Source: a candidate division WWE3 bacterium
GTDB taxonomy: Bacteria > Patescibacteriota > WWE3 > UBA101185 > UBA10185
Length of the DNA stretch: 64,000 nucleotides
Assembly: GCA_014729135.1 (NCBI GenBank)
Contig: WJKK01000001.1
Coordinates: 629,407 to 693,406, forward strand
Reading direction: 5' to 3'
Of this stretch, positions 1 to 9,006 are shown piece after piece. Made by a program: the position numbers and the translations under genes. Numbering within the stretch: the stretch's first letter is position 1; every line of letters starts with the position of its first letter. Under the pieces are notes generated by a model that was not told where the DNA came from, ran no database searches, and saw only the letters and a program-made list of their open reading frames with translations.

Positions 1-47
1 ATTCAGAAGGAGACAAAAGATCAAATATCATACAACTAGGTGACGTT

Positions 48-341
48 TTGCTTGGAATTTTCAAAGACCTACACTGTGGAGTGAATTTAGATACTTATCC
101 AGAAAATAAAAAAGAAATATTAGAAACAGAGTTTGTACGTAAATTATTAGTTAGAAGAATAATCAGAAATCCTTCTAATATAAACAGTAGCTATGGGTAT
201 TTCAACCGATTTAGTATCAGCCTTTTCCCCAAATACAGCTCCGTGCACAGATCGCTCTACCGTAAAATAGATAATTATTATGACTTAAGCAAGATCACCC
301 TTGGCTATTACTACCAAAGAAACCCAAGACTGTTTCCTTGA
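48..341 (+). CDS. hypothetical protein
   Basis: ORF of 97 aa near the window start; no recognisable motif; moderate coding-like composition. Confidence 0.25.
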   Translation: MLGIFKDLHCGVNLDTYPENKKEILETEFVRKLLVRRIIRNPSNINSSYGYFNRFSISLFPKYSSVHRSLYRKIDNYYDLSKITLGYYYQRNPRLFP

Positions 342-403
342 ATTCTACATATTTAAAATGCTATAACTTCCTATAAGTGGTACCTAAGGTTTAAACCCCA
401 GGA

Positions 404-679
404 GTGTTAAAAGGTATATATATGAATAAAAATAATATAACTAAAGAAACGAGGATAAAAATAGCTACGGAAATATCTGTTTTTTTGTTACCCGTTCTTC
501 TTCAACAACACTGCTATAAAGAAGAAAATGCAAGAAAGCAAGTTTGCATGGGGTATGCCTTTAGTGAAGAATCTATCCAAGCTTCCTTTTCAACGACTCA
601 ATTAAACCACACCCAAGAGGAGGTAACGACTACCTCTGGAACACAAAGTGAGTATGGAAAATTAATAGAAAATTTATAA
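404..679 (+). CDS. hypothetical small protein
   Basis: 91-aa ORF directly upstream of and co-oriented with the 683..2197 gene. Confidence 0.25.
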   Translation: MLKGIYMNKNNITKETRIKIATEISVFLLPVLLQQHCYKEENARKQVCMGYAFSEESIQASFSTTQLNHTQEEVTTTSGTQSEYGKLIENL

Positions 680-682
680 TAA

Positions 683-2197
683 ATGACCCAAAAAATAACC
701 CTATCCAAATCAGACTACATGCATTTTTTACGACATCCGGCTTGGTTGTGGCTTAGAAAATTCAAAAAACATAAACTTCCACCAATAGATGAAAACCTTC
801 AAGCCAGGTTCGACGCTAGGCACGAGTTTGAACTATATGCCGAAAAACTCTATCCCGAAGCAATTAAATTAGGTTTTGATAATTACGAGGAATATAGATA
901 TCTACCTGAAGAAACATTATTAGCTTTAGAACAAGGGGCTGAAACAATTTTACAAGGAAGGTTTGAAGCGGATGGCCTTACATGTATTGTAGATATTTTA
1001 GATAGAGTTGATAAAGACACCTTTGACTTAATAGAAATAAAAAGCAGTACAAAGGTTAAACCCGCACATGAATATGATTTGGCTTTTCAGACCATAGTAT
1101 TAGAAAAGGCTGGAATAAATGTTCGTAACATCTCGATTATTCATGTAAATAATAAATATGTAAAAAATGGGAAGATAGACCCTGAAAAGATTACTACTGA
1201 AGTAGATGTTACAGAGTCAGTTCGTGATTTATTAGATTTAACTAAAGAACAGATCAGCAAAGCAAGGGAAGTTCTTGAACGAAAGGAAATGCCGGATCTT
1301 TCGCCAAGATATGCTAATAAACTGGGAATTTCGAGAACACGATGGTTTCATGAGTGGTTAGATGTATACAAACACTTAAACCCAGACTTAGATCCTTACA
1401 GCATTTATTACTTAAGTTATCCCAATGAAGAGCAAATAGCAGAACTTGAAGATAGTAGAATTGAATTTATTAAAGATGTTCCTGAAGAATTAGCTTTAAG
1501 GGATAAACAAAAATTCCAAATAATCTGCACAAGAGATGACAAAAGAATTATAGATAAAGAGAAAATTCAAGAATTTCTTAGTACCTTTGAATACCCCCTA
1601 TACTTTTTTGATTATGAAACAATGTCTTCTGTTATTCCAAAATTTGATGGTTTTCAACCTTATAAAGACTATCCCTTCCAATATTCGCTACATATGCAAA
1701 AAACACCTAATTCAGAAATCACACATGAGGAATATCTGCATATAGAGCCAACAAATCCTATGCCCGGGTTATTGGAAAAACTAAAAAAAGATATTGGAAA
1801 TAAGGGTTCAATAATCACTTGGAATATGAGTTATGAAAAAAGTTGCAATAAATGTATGGCCGAGTTTTATCCCGAATATAAAAAGTTTTTAGATAGTGTA
1901 AACGAGAGAATTGTTGATTTAATGATTCCGTTTTCGAAAATGTGGTTTGTGGATAAAGATTTTTACGGTAGCGCCTCTATTAAAAAGGTACAGCCTGTCT
2001 TAGTCCCAGACAAGAGCTATAAAGAAATGGATGTTTCCGATGGTTTAAAGGCAAGAAGAATGTGGACTGAAACCATTCTTGAGGGAAAAAATGAGGAGCA
2101 AAGAGAAAAGATAATTAATGATCTAAGTGAGTATTGTACTTTGGATACTCTTGCGATGGTGGAAATATTCAAATTCTTTGTAGTAAACATAATCTAA
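683..2197 (+). CDS. DUF2779-like nuclease; N-terminal PD-(D/E)XK (Cas4/RecB-like) domain and C-terminal DnaQ-like D-x-E exonuclease motif
   Basis: The translation contains DILDRV...IEIKSS (a D...E-x-K nuclease motif). The C-terminal half contains YFFDYET, an Exo I-like D-x-E motif. Confidence 0.55.
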   Translation: MTQKITLSKSDYMHFLRHPAWLWLRKFKKHKLPPIDENLQARFDARHEFELYAEKLYPEAIKLGFDNYEEYRYLPEETLLALEQGAETILQGRFEADGLTCIVDILDRVDKDTFDLIEIKSSTKVKPAHEYDLAFQTIVLEKAGINVRNISIIHVNNKYVKNGKIDPEKITTEVDVTESVRDLLDLTKEQISKAREVLERKEMPDLSPRYANKLGISRTRWFHEWLDVYKHLNPDLDPYSIYYLSYPNEEQIAELEDSRIEFIKDVPEELALRDKQKFQIICTRDDKRIIDKEKIQEFLSTFEYPLYFFDYETMSSVIPKFDGFQPYKDYPFQYSLHMQKTPNSEITHEEYLHIEPTNPMPGLLEKLKKDIGNKGSIITWNMSYEKSCNKCMAEFYPEYKKFLDSVNERIVDLMIPFSKMWFVDKDFYGSASIKKVQPVLVPDKSYKEMDVSDGLKARRMWTETILEGKNEEQREKIINDLSEYCTLDTLAMVEIFKFFVVNII

Positions 2198-2258
2198 AAA
2201 AACGGATAAGATTATATGAATTAATATTGAATAGATTTTGTAATCCGCTCATTTAATC

Positions 2259-2564
2259 ATGCTAGAATTTAAACAGATGATCAAAAAGATATTAGTAGTT
2301 CTAGCCATAATTTTAACAATCTTATTTATTAAAAGAATTTTTAAAAAAGATACCTGGCGAGGGTTTTATTACCCTGATGAAAATAATTTGTTTAATTATA
2401 CAGTAAGTCCTTTATTTTCCTCTGCAAAAGAGTGTAGAAATTGGGTTGATAAGCAAATCCGAAAATATAACCCTTCTGGTTATGGATATAATTATGAATG
2501 CGGAAAAAATTGCAAGGCTAGAGAGAGTTCTACGTTATCTATTTGTGAAGAAACGATTAGGTAA
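2259..2564 (+). CDS. hypothetical small membrane-anchored, cysteine-containing protein
   Basis: N-terminal hydrophobic segment ILVVLAIILTILFI, then a soluble Cys-containing domain. Confidence 0.35.
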   Translation: MLEFKQMIKKILVVLAIILTILFIKRIFKKDTWRGFYYPDENNLFNYTVSPLFSSAKECRNWVDKQIRKYNPSGYGYNYECGKNCKARESSTLSICEETIR

Positions 2565-2574
2565 AATTTAGAAA

Positions 2575-2976
2575 ATGAAATTTTTCAAGAACAAAGACAG
2601 ACAAGAAAAAGCCAAAGGTATAGTTAAAAAATTGATATTAGCCTTTCTTTTAGTGCATTTTTTGGCAACTTTTTTGGGGTGGAGAAGAAAATATAAGGGA
2701 AAAACCGCGAAAGATTGGGCACAAGAATATAATTATGCTTTCTCATTATATGAGGAAGAGGTGGCTAGGAGAAGTACCACGGGAGACGACCTTTTACAAT
2801 TAAAAGAATGTGTCGAAAAAAATAGAGAAACCTTTCGTTCAATAGGTCTTGCTTGCCTTAATAAATATGATACCCAAAAGTGCATTGAATTACTCATGCA
2901 AAAAAATAATAAACTCTATGAGACTTGGCAAGAAATAAATTATGCATGTTTTGGTGAGTATTTAGATTCTTTGTAA
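2575..2976 (+). CDS. hypothetical membrane-anchored protein
   Basis: 133-aa ORF with N-terminal hydrophobic helix LILAFLLVHFLATFLGW. Confidence 0.35.
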   Translation: MKFFKNKDRQEKAKGIVKKLILAFLLVHFLATFLGWRRKYKGKTAKDWAQEYNYAFSLYEEEVARRSTTGDDLLQLKECVEKNRETFRSIGLACLNKYDTQKCIELLMQKNNKLYETWQEINYACFGEYLDSL

Positions 2977-2986
2977 GAAAGTCTAC

Positions 2987-3682
2987 TTATAATTTTAACT
3001 CTTCAGGATTACCGGAGGAAAGATCGATAACGCGTTTCTTATAAATCCTGTCAGTCCTATCATTAAATTCAGCAAATTTCTCTTGAATATAAACGTTGTT
3101 AACGATCTCGTAGTGACCTCCCATCAAGGGTTTACGTTCAAACACAACCTCATATCCATCAGTTTCTTTTGCAACCACTATATAACCTTTATAAGCTCCA
3201 TTACCAAAGGCGGAGGATGTTACAACAATCCCTCTTGTTTTCTTATAGCTAAGTAAACCTTCAACATGTGAATCATAAAATAGGTTATAACTAGAGTGAG
3301 TACATGCGTGTCCTGTGTCCGGAAAATTGTAAGTGAAGGTATCTTCAAATTCAGAATCTGTTATTCTTAGAGTTTGAATATTTTTGCTGTTTTCACAGTC
3401 TTGATGTATTTCTATTTGTTCTGATTCTTGGTCACGATCAACATCCAGATATAATAACTCCTTTAAAGAAGAAGGGTTTCGAGATAATCTGTCCCTCTTA
3501 GAGTTTTGTATGGATACAAATGTCCCTTCTCTCACAGCACTCTCTATTTTATTATCTTCAGAATTTACTAATTGAGATTTTTCACCTAGAATGTTTTCCG
3601 ATTTCGAAATATTTCCAAAGCTCAAACTATTAACGGAAGAAATAAATAAAGATAATATTGAAAATAAAACTATTCTTAGCAT
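2987..3682 (-). CDS. secreted hypothetical protein
   Basis: N-terminal signal-peptide-like sequence MLRIVLFSILSLFISSVNS; no catalytic motif recognised. Confidence 0.45.
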   Translation of the reverse strand: MLRIVLFSILSLFISSVNSLSFGNISKSENILGEKSQLVNSEDNKIESAVREGTFVSIQNSKRDRLSRNPSSLKELLYLDVDRDQESEQIEIHQDCENSKNIQTLRITDSEFEDTFTYNFPDTGHACTHSSYNLFYDSHVEGLLSYKKTRGIVVTSSAFGNGAYKGYIVVAKETDGYEVVFERKPLMGGHYEIVNNVYIQEKFAEFNDRTDRIYKKRVIDLSSGNPEELKL

Positions 3683-3889
3683 CTTAAAAACACTTGCTTA
3701 AAATTCATCATTCTTTATCAGAGTAGTAAACGCTAACCCTTTTTATTTCATCTGCCAAATTTGGATCACATCGCTCGATTTCGTGCATAGCGTCTTCATC
3801 ACCCAAACTAGCGGCCCAAACTATTAAAAGTAGAATACCAAAGCCAAAAAACATCGTATAGTAGAGGCAGTATAGCAAAAAAACGAAAA

Positions 3890-4070
3890 AGAAACTCTAA
3901 CCTCAGCCCAAACTCCCAGCCAGGGGCTTTCGCAAAGCGAAAGGCGATGGTTGATCAAAATGCGGGCGCCTTAATGCGAGCATTTTGAACTACCCGAGAA
4001 GTCTGTACTCAGACTTTGAGCTGAGCTGCACCCGAAGCATTTGCCGTAGGCAAATGGTGAGTTGTCTTTT
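3890..4070. other. GC-rich cluster of four or more perfect hairpins (possible structured ncRNA or leader) upstream of mpg
   Basis: Perfect hairpins ctttcgc-aaa-gcgaaag, caaaatgc...gcattttg, agtctg-tact-cagact and catttgcc-gtag-ggcaaatg in a locally GC-rich, non-coding stretch. Confidence 0.3.
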
Positions 4071-4778
4071 CAGCCAAAACAGATAGCGCTAAATAACTCC
4101 CGTAAATCCCAAGCTGATATAATCCCCTCACCCATGATCAACCCCAACCCCAACCTATCCCATCAAAAAGAATACCTAAAACAATACATCCTCCCCAAAG
4201 ACTTCTACTATCAAAAAGACAACAACGCAGTTTCTAAAGCACTATTAGGAAAATACCTCATCCAATTAGATCCCTTTCCTATAGGAGGAGTTATAGTAGA
4301 AACAGAAAGCTACCCCGGAAAGACAGATGTAGCTTCCCATCATCACCATGGAAAAATTACCGACAGAACAAAAGTAATCTTTAATAAAGAAAAAGGCCTT
4401 TTATATGTCTATAAAATTTACGGACTGCATCATTGTTTTGGAATCACTTCCGGAGATGGTGAAGAAAATCATAACGTGACTTTAATTAGAGCCATTAAAC
4501 CAATTTTTGGAATAAAAGAGCTTAAAAAAAGAAGAGGTACAGATAAACTTGCTAATTTATTAAGTGGTCCTGCAAAAATAGCACAGGCTTTAAATATTAC
4601 AAAACAAAATTATGGCCAATGCGTCAGAACTTCCAACATTATTATTTGTGATCTTGAGGACTTTGAAGATTTTGAAATAGAAACGGATACGCGTATAGGC
4701 ATTGAAAACTATGAGAGCGAGCATGAACAAAAGGATTGGCGCTTTTTTGTAAAGGGATGTGAATTTTTGTCACAATAA
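4062..4778 (+). CDS. mpg: DNA-3-methyladenine glycosylase (Mpg/AAG family)
   Basis: VETESYPGKTDVASHHHHGKITDRTKVIF...GLLYVYKIYGLHHCFGITSG...VTLIRAIKP...RIGIEN...WRFFVKG matches the Mpg signature ETEAY..D.ASH....T.R...MF...G..YVY..YG.H.C.N. The true start may be the internal Met at about 4134. Confidence 0.8.
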   Translation: MSFQPKQIALNNSRKSQADIIPSPMINPNPNLSHQKEYLKQYILPKDFYYQKDNNAVSKALLGKYLIQLDPFPIGGVIVETESYPGKTDVASHHHHGKITDRTKVIFNKEKGLLYVYKIYGLHHCFGITSGDGEENHNVTLIRAIKPIFGIKELKKRRGTDKLANLLSGPAKIAQALNITKQNYGQCVRTSNIIICDLEDFEDFEIETDTRIGIENYESEHEQKDWRFFVKGCEFLSQ

Positions 4779-4945
4779 CAGCAAAGGAGATAAAGGAATC
4801 CTTGGATGAAATGTTTAAGTTAGCTGATCCCCGACATAGATTAAGATGGGCTGAAAAAGTTTTAACTGCTCGATGTAGGTTAAGTTAAAACAATTCAAGC
4901 GAGTTTTCTAAAGTCTGAAAAATCCCAAACTGATATAATCTACAA

Positions 4946-6283
4946 ATGATACAGGGCATAGGAGCTTTCCTTAAATCCAACAAAAACATCCTGGGGATAT
5001 TTGCAATAACACTCCTTATCTACCTAATAAACCTACCCATAGACTACTCTAAAAGCTTGCAAACCAAAGTACCCAGGAGACTTCTAACCTCCAACGACGT
5101 AACCTCTGCCACTTTCCTGCCCTACGAAGTAATAAAAAACAAAACACTTCGCTTCTCAAAATCAACTGTAGACGCTATGCAAAGAGCACAAGTCTATGAA
5201 CCCTTTGTATACTCCGTCATTAACAAAAACGGAAAATTCCTCTCAGCGATGCCAATACTAGCAGGCATCATGGCCATCCCCATTTACATAATTCCCATCC
5301 TATTAAACAAAATACCCGCTCTTCAATACTACAAAGATCTCGTAAACATTTTAACCTTAGGACGCATTGCTGCCTCCTTTTATACAGCAATATCCGTAGC
5401 AATCTTTTTTCTAATACTCAAAGAAATCGACAAAATTAAAAACTTCAAAACGAACGCTTGGAATTACGCTTTCGTGGCCTTCTTTGCCTTTGGAACAAAC
5501 GTCTACTCCATTGCCAGTAGAGCCTTATATCAGCACACCTCCTCGCTATTATTTGTAACTTTAATCATTTATTTTGCGTTAAAAAGCCTTAAAGATGACA
5601 ACTATGTAAAGTACTTGGGCCTATTTGCGGGATTTTTATATTTAGCAAGACCTTTAAATTTAGTTTTTGTGGCGCTATTAACTGTATATGTCTTTTTTAT
5701 GCACAAAAAGGAGTTTGTTAAATACTTGCTTTATGCCTTACCGACAGCTTTATTGCTTTTTGCTTATAACATATATGCTTGGGGCAATCCGCTAACAACG
5801 GAGTATGTGGAAAAAAGCGATACAAGTTTTTCAACGCCTTTAATTGTAGGCTTGTCGGGTTACCTTTTTAGTCCGGCAAGAAGCTTTTTATTTGTAACTC
5901 CTCCTTTGGTTGTAGGTTATTTTGCAATGATACGCACCTTTATAAAAAGGAATAAGGAGAAATTGGACATTCTGTTAATTACTTTAAGCGCGACCTTTTT
6001 AATAGTTTTAATACTTTATTCCAAATGGCATGATTGGGAAGGCGGGGATAGGTTTGGATATGGTTTTTTAACGGAGTGGGTTCCTGTAATGGCGGTGCTT
6101 TCGTACATATATATTAAGCCCATGAAAAGGTTGGGAAAGGTTATTATTGGAGTGTTGATGTTGTGGTCAGTGGTAGTACAAACGAATGCCGTATGGATTA
6201 GAAAAAGCAGGTGTAGTGGTGCCTCGCATAATTGGAGTTTTTATTGCATAACACCTCAGTTTTTTAAAAAGCAGAATTACTAA
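4946..6283 (+). CDS. polytopic membrane protein, possible GT-C type glycosyltransferase
   Basis: 445 aa with about 10 or more hydrophobic helices and short loops; no soluble catalytic domain. Confidence 0.4.
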   Translation: MIQGIGAFLKSNKNILGIFAITLLIYLINLPIDYSKSLQTKVPRRLLTSNDVTSATFLPYEVIKNKTLRFSKSTVDAMQRAQVYEPFVYSVINKNGKFLSAMPILAGIMAIPIYIIPILLNKIPALQYYKDLVNILTLGRIAASFYTAISVAIFFLILKEIDKIKNFKTNAWNYAFVAFFAFGTNVYSIASRALYQHTSSLLFVTLIIYFALKSLKDDNYVKYLGLFAGFLYLARPLNLVFVALLTVYVFFMHKKEFVKYLLYALPTALLLFAYNIYAWGNPLTTEYVEKSDTSFSTPLIVGLSGYLFSPARSFLFVTPPLVVGYFAMIRTFIKRNKEKLDILLITLSATFLIVLILYSKWHDWEGGDRFGYGFLTEWVPVMAVLSYIYIKPMKRLGKVIIGVLMLWSVVVQTNAVWIRKSRCSGASHNWSFYCITPQFFKKQNY

Positions 6284-6370
6284 TAGGAATTTTCGGAAAA
6301 ATTGCCAGATTAAAATAATAATGCTTTAATAAAGTTAACTTAACACTGCTTTTTTAAGCAGAATAAACTT

Positions 6371-6865
6371 ATGACTAAGTTCAAACCTAAACCCGAAGAC
6401 TATCAAAATTACATCGAATTATCACCTACGGCAATCTTTGTAGCTAATCCGGAAGGCCAATATATCTATGTTAATCAGGCGGCTATGGATTTGCTGAACT
6501 ATTCCAAGGAGGAACTGTTAAGTATTCGGATTCCGGACATTGTGTTTGAGGAGGATTTAGAAAAGGTAATGAAAGAGTTTGGTCAATTAAAAGAGGAGGG
6601 GAGAATTACACGGGATTACACACTTAAAAGAAAGGATGGTTCGGGTGTTGAGGTTAAACTAAATGCCACTAAGCTTCCTTCAGGAGATGTCTTAGCCTTT
6701 TGTGAGGATATAACTTATTTAAGGAATATGGAGAAAAAACTTAAGGAACGCGTGGATCAGTTAGAAGAGATAAACCGCTACATGGTGGATAGGGAGCTAA
6801 AAATGGTAGAGCTAAAGAAGGAAATCGCCGACCTTAAGGCAGAATTGGATGAAAAGTCTTCCTAG
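6371..6865 (+). CDS. PAS domain protein with C-terminal coiled coil
   Basis: PTAIFVANPEGQYIYVNQAAMDLLNYSKEELLS is a PAS-like sensory fold; the C-terminal part is heptad-like. Confidence 0.5.
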   Translation: MTKFKPKPEDYQNYIELSPTAIFVANPEGQYIYVNQAAMDLLNYSKEELLSIRIPDIVFEEDLEKVMKEFGQLKEEGRITRDYTLKRKDGSGVEVKLNATKLPSGDVLAFCEDITYLRNMEKKLKERVDQLEEINRYMVDRELKMVELKKEIADLKAELDEKSS

Positions 6866-6889
6866 AGGCGCACTTCAAAATAAAACACT

Positions 6890-7288
6890 ATGTATTACAT
6901 AAAACTTCATTTTTTAACTTTTCTTGTTTTTTTAGGGATAGATGCGGTTTGGCTTATTAAAATTGCTCCAAAGTTTTACCAAAAGCATATAGGGCACCTT
7001 CTTGCTGACAAGCCTAACCTTATTCCTGCCTTAGTTTTCTACTTGTTAAACATTATAGGGATTTTGATTTTTGCTGTTAATCCTGCTTTAAAAGAATCCT
7101 CTGTTAAAAAAGCTGTGATTTTTGGGGCTTTATATGGCTTTTTTACATATGCCACTTATGACTTAACAAACCTTGCAACTTTAAAAGGATGGCCTTTGAA
7201 GGTAACTGTGGTGGACATTTGTTGGGGTACTTTTTTAAGTGCTGTGGTGGCTCTTGCCGGGTTTTATATTGGACGAAAGTTCCTTTAA
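6890..7288 (+). CDS. DUF2177-like integral membrane protein
   Basis: 132 aa with four predicted TM helices. Confidence 0.4.
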   Translation: MYYIKLHFLTFLVFLGIDAVWLIKIAPKFYQKHIGHLLADKPNLIPALVFYLLNIIGILIFAVNPALKESSVKKAVIFGALYGFFTYATYDLTNLATLKGWPLKVTVVDICWGTFLSAVVALAGFYIGRKFL

Positions 7289-7296
7289 TTTTACGA

Positions 7297-7542
7297 TTAG
7301 GAATTAAATAGAGCCTTTTTTTGTTTGCGCGAGAGGCTTTTTATTTCAGCCTCACGTTTCATGGCAGATGATCTGGTTTCAAGCTCTTCGGAGTAGACTA
7401 ATTTTACAGGCCTTCTGGATCTGGTGTACTTAGCCCCGTACCTGGAGTTATTGTGCTTTTTAACCCGTTTAGTTAAATCCGTTGTATAGCCGCAGTACAG
7501 GCTGCCATCAGAACATTCCACTAAATAAACGTAGTAAGGCAT
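7297..7542 (-). CDS. GIY-YIG nuclease family protein (UPF0213/YhbQ-like)
   Basis: YYVYLVECSDGSLYCGYTTDLTKRVKKHN is the GIY-YIG signature. Confidence 0.75.
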   Translation of the reverse strand: MPYYVYLVECSDGSLYCGYTTDLTKRVKKHNNSRYGAKYTRSRRPVKLVYSEELETRSSAMKREAEIKSLSRKQKKALFNS

Positions 7543-7584
7543 ATTAAAAGACTAACACAGTAAAAATATGCAGACTAGTAGTTT

Positions 7585-8958
7585 TTGAATTACAATGAAT
7601 ACATGCCTTTGTCATCTATCAAATCTGAAAAGGGGGAGGTAAGCCAGAGGAAAGGGTCTTTGGAGATTATAAAAAGCATTGAGTTGGATGAGGAAACGAA
7701 GTCTTGCACTTTTTCTTATGAGGAAGATGGAGAAAAAGTATCAGGTAGTTTTGAATATCATGCCAAAAAAACCACATTGCGGGAGGAGCTAACAGGAGAG
7801 TTAGCTAAAACAAAGGGGGCGGAATTTAGAGAGTTCGGGCGAAAGTTTGAGCAGTTAGGTTTGGCTGATATGGGCTTTGCTATATACACAAGGAGAAATC
7901 AAAGAGAGGCGGCGCTGGAAAAAGGGGAGAAAATGGACCCTCCTAACGTCTACATTTTAGGACACGGCTGGACAGGCACTAAAGATATTTACTCCGAAAT
8001 CCCTATGGAAACTCAAATGAGCATGGTGGAAGCTATTATGGAGCAGGATCCAGATGCAATTGTGGTAACGATGGATGGAAATGGTTTTGGAGACTCTCCT
8101 TTTAGAACGGAAGTACTTGAGGATGAGGCTCTTTTGAAAGAAAAGATTCGTCCGGAAAGTTATGCAGATCAAATTCAGTTTTTAAGTGAGGAAGTTCTAG
8201 GAGTTCCCTTAGAGGAGGTTTCTTACGTGGGGCACTCAATGGGAGGGGCAGCAGCTTTTGAACTTTCTACAAGAGGGTGCGGTTCTTGTGTTGCTTTGTC
8301 TCCGGCAGCATTTCCCACGGAGGAGCTTTTAGGAGAGGCTGAGGTAATTTCTCGAAAATCGAAAAATCTTTTACAGGAAGCGTTAAATAAACTGGGAAGC
8401 ATAAAGGGGTTGAATCTTTCCACACTTGTTTATGAAGTTTTAGGTACAAGTGTTCGCTTTGGGGAAGCATTTGGACAAATAAGTTCCCAGGCTGAAAAAA
8501 TCTCTGAAGCAGTAGTGGGTCAAGTTTTTGAACTTCTTAGTAATTATCTTCTAGGAGCAGAATTGGATCCGGAAACAAGAAAAGCCTTAGTAGGCATTCA
8601 CAAGTCACAGTTGACCGCTCAACGATTTCCAGCAGTTTCAAATGCAATTTTAGAACTAAAAGAGGGTATGCCTTTGGAGGATTTTGCCGAAAACAGTGAA
8701 AACCTAATTGTCTTTCAAGGAGAAAGTGATGTTCTAGTTCGTCCGGAAGACCTTAAAAGAACAGCTGCTTCTGTACTTGTAAAAACTTTGGAAAGTAGTC
8801 AATGGGATGAAAATGACCCTGCAGTTAAAAAAATAGTTGTATTGGTAGAACAACTTTTGGATGAATCTCAAATAGTTACAGGGGGACACTATGCTCAGGT
8901 ATATAACCCAACAGTTCCAAAAGTGGTGGCCTCCATGCATCCTAATAAGAGAAGTTGA
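7585..8958 (+). CDS. alpha/beta hydrolase fold protein (esterase/lipase-like)
   Basis: YILGHGWTG oxyanion-like segment and a GHSMGG nucleophile elbow (G-x-S-x-G). Confidence 0.55.
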   Translation: MNYNEYMPLSSIKSEKGEVSQRKGSLEIIKSIELDEETKSCTFSYEEDGEKVSGSFEYHAKKTTLREELTGELAKTKGAEFREFGRKFEQLGLADMGFAIYTRRNQREAALEKGEKMDPPNVYILGHGWTGTKDIYSEIPMETQMSMVEAIMEQDPDAIVVTMDGNGFGDSPFRTEVLEDEALLKEKIRPESYADQIQFLSEEVLGVPLEEVSYVGHSMGGAAAFELSTRGCGSCVALSPAAFPTEELLGEAEVISRKSKNLLQEALNKLGSIKGLNLSTLVYEVLGTSVRFGEAFGQISSQAEKISEAVVGQVFELLSNYLLGAELDPETRKALVGIHKSQLTAQRFPAVSNAILELKEGMPLEDFAENSENLIVFQGESDVLVRPEDLKRTAASVLVKTLESSQWDENDPAVKKIVVLVEQLLDESQIVTGGHYAQVYNPTVPKVVASMHPNKRS

Positions 8959-9006
8959 ACAAAAAAGCTTAGATAACAGCGAGAAGAAAGTGCTATCATA
9001 TAAACC

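Noticed and set aside
3890-4070. tmRNA, SRP RNA or RNase P RNA at the GC-rich hairpin cluster
   Set aside because: None of the conserved cores was seen: the RNase P P4 GGAAAGTCCGG, the SRP domain IV GGAAGCAGCC, and the tRNA-like tmRNA ends. It is kept only as an unclassified structured-RNA candidate.
7957-8940. Several 60-71 aa minus-strand ORFs inside the alpha/beta hydrolase gene
   Set aside because: They are antisense to a well-supported CDS and have no motifs: typical shadow ORFs. The same reasoning applies to 9080..9304, 16268..18037, 19976..20335, 22805..23384, 27238..27773, 28716..28967, 30029..31061, 34678..35299, 54336..55153, 56421..56627 and similar.
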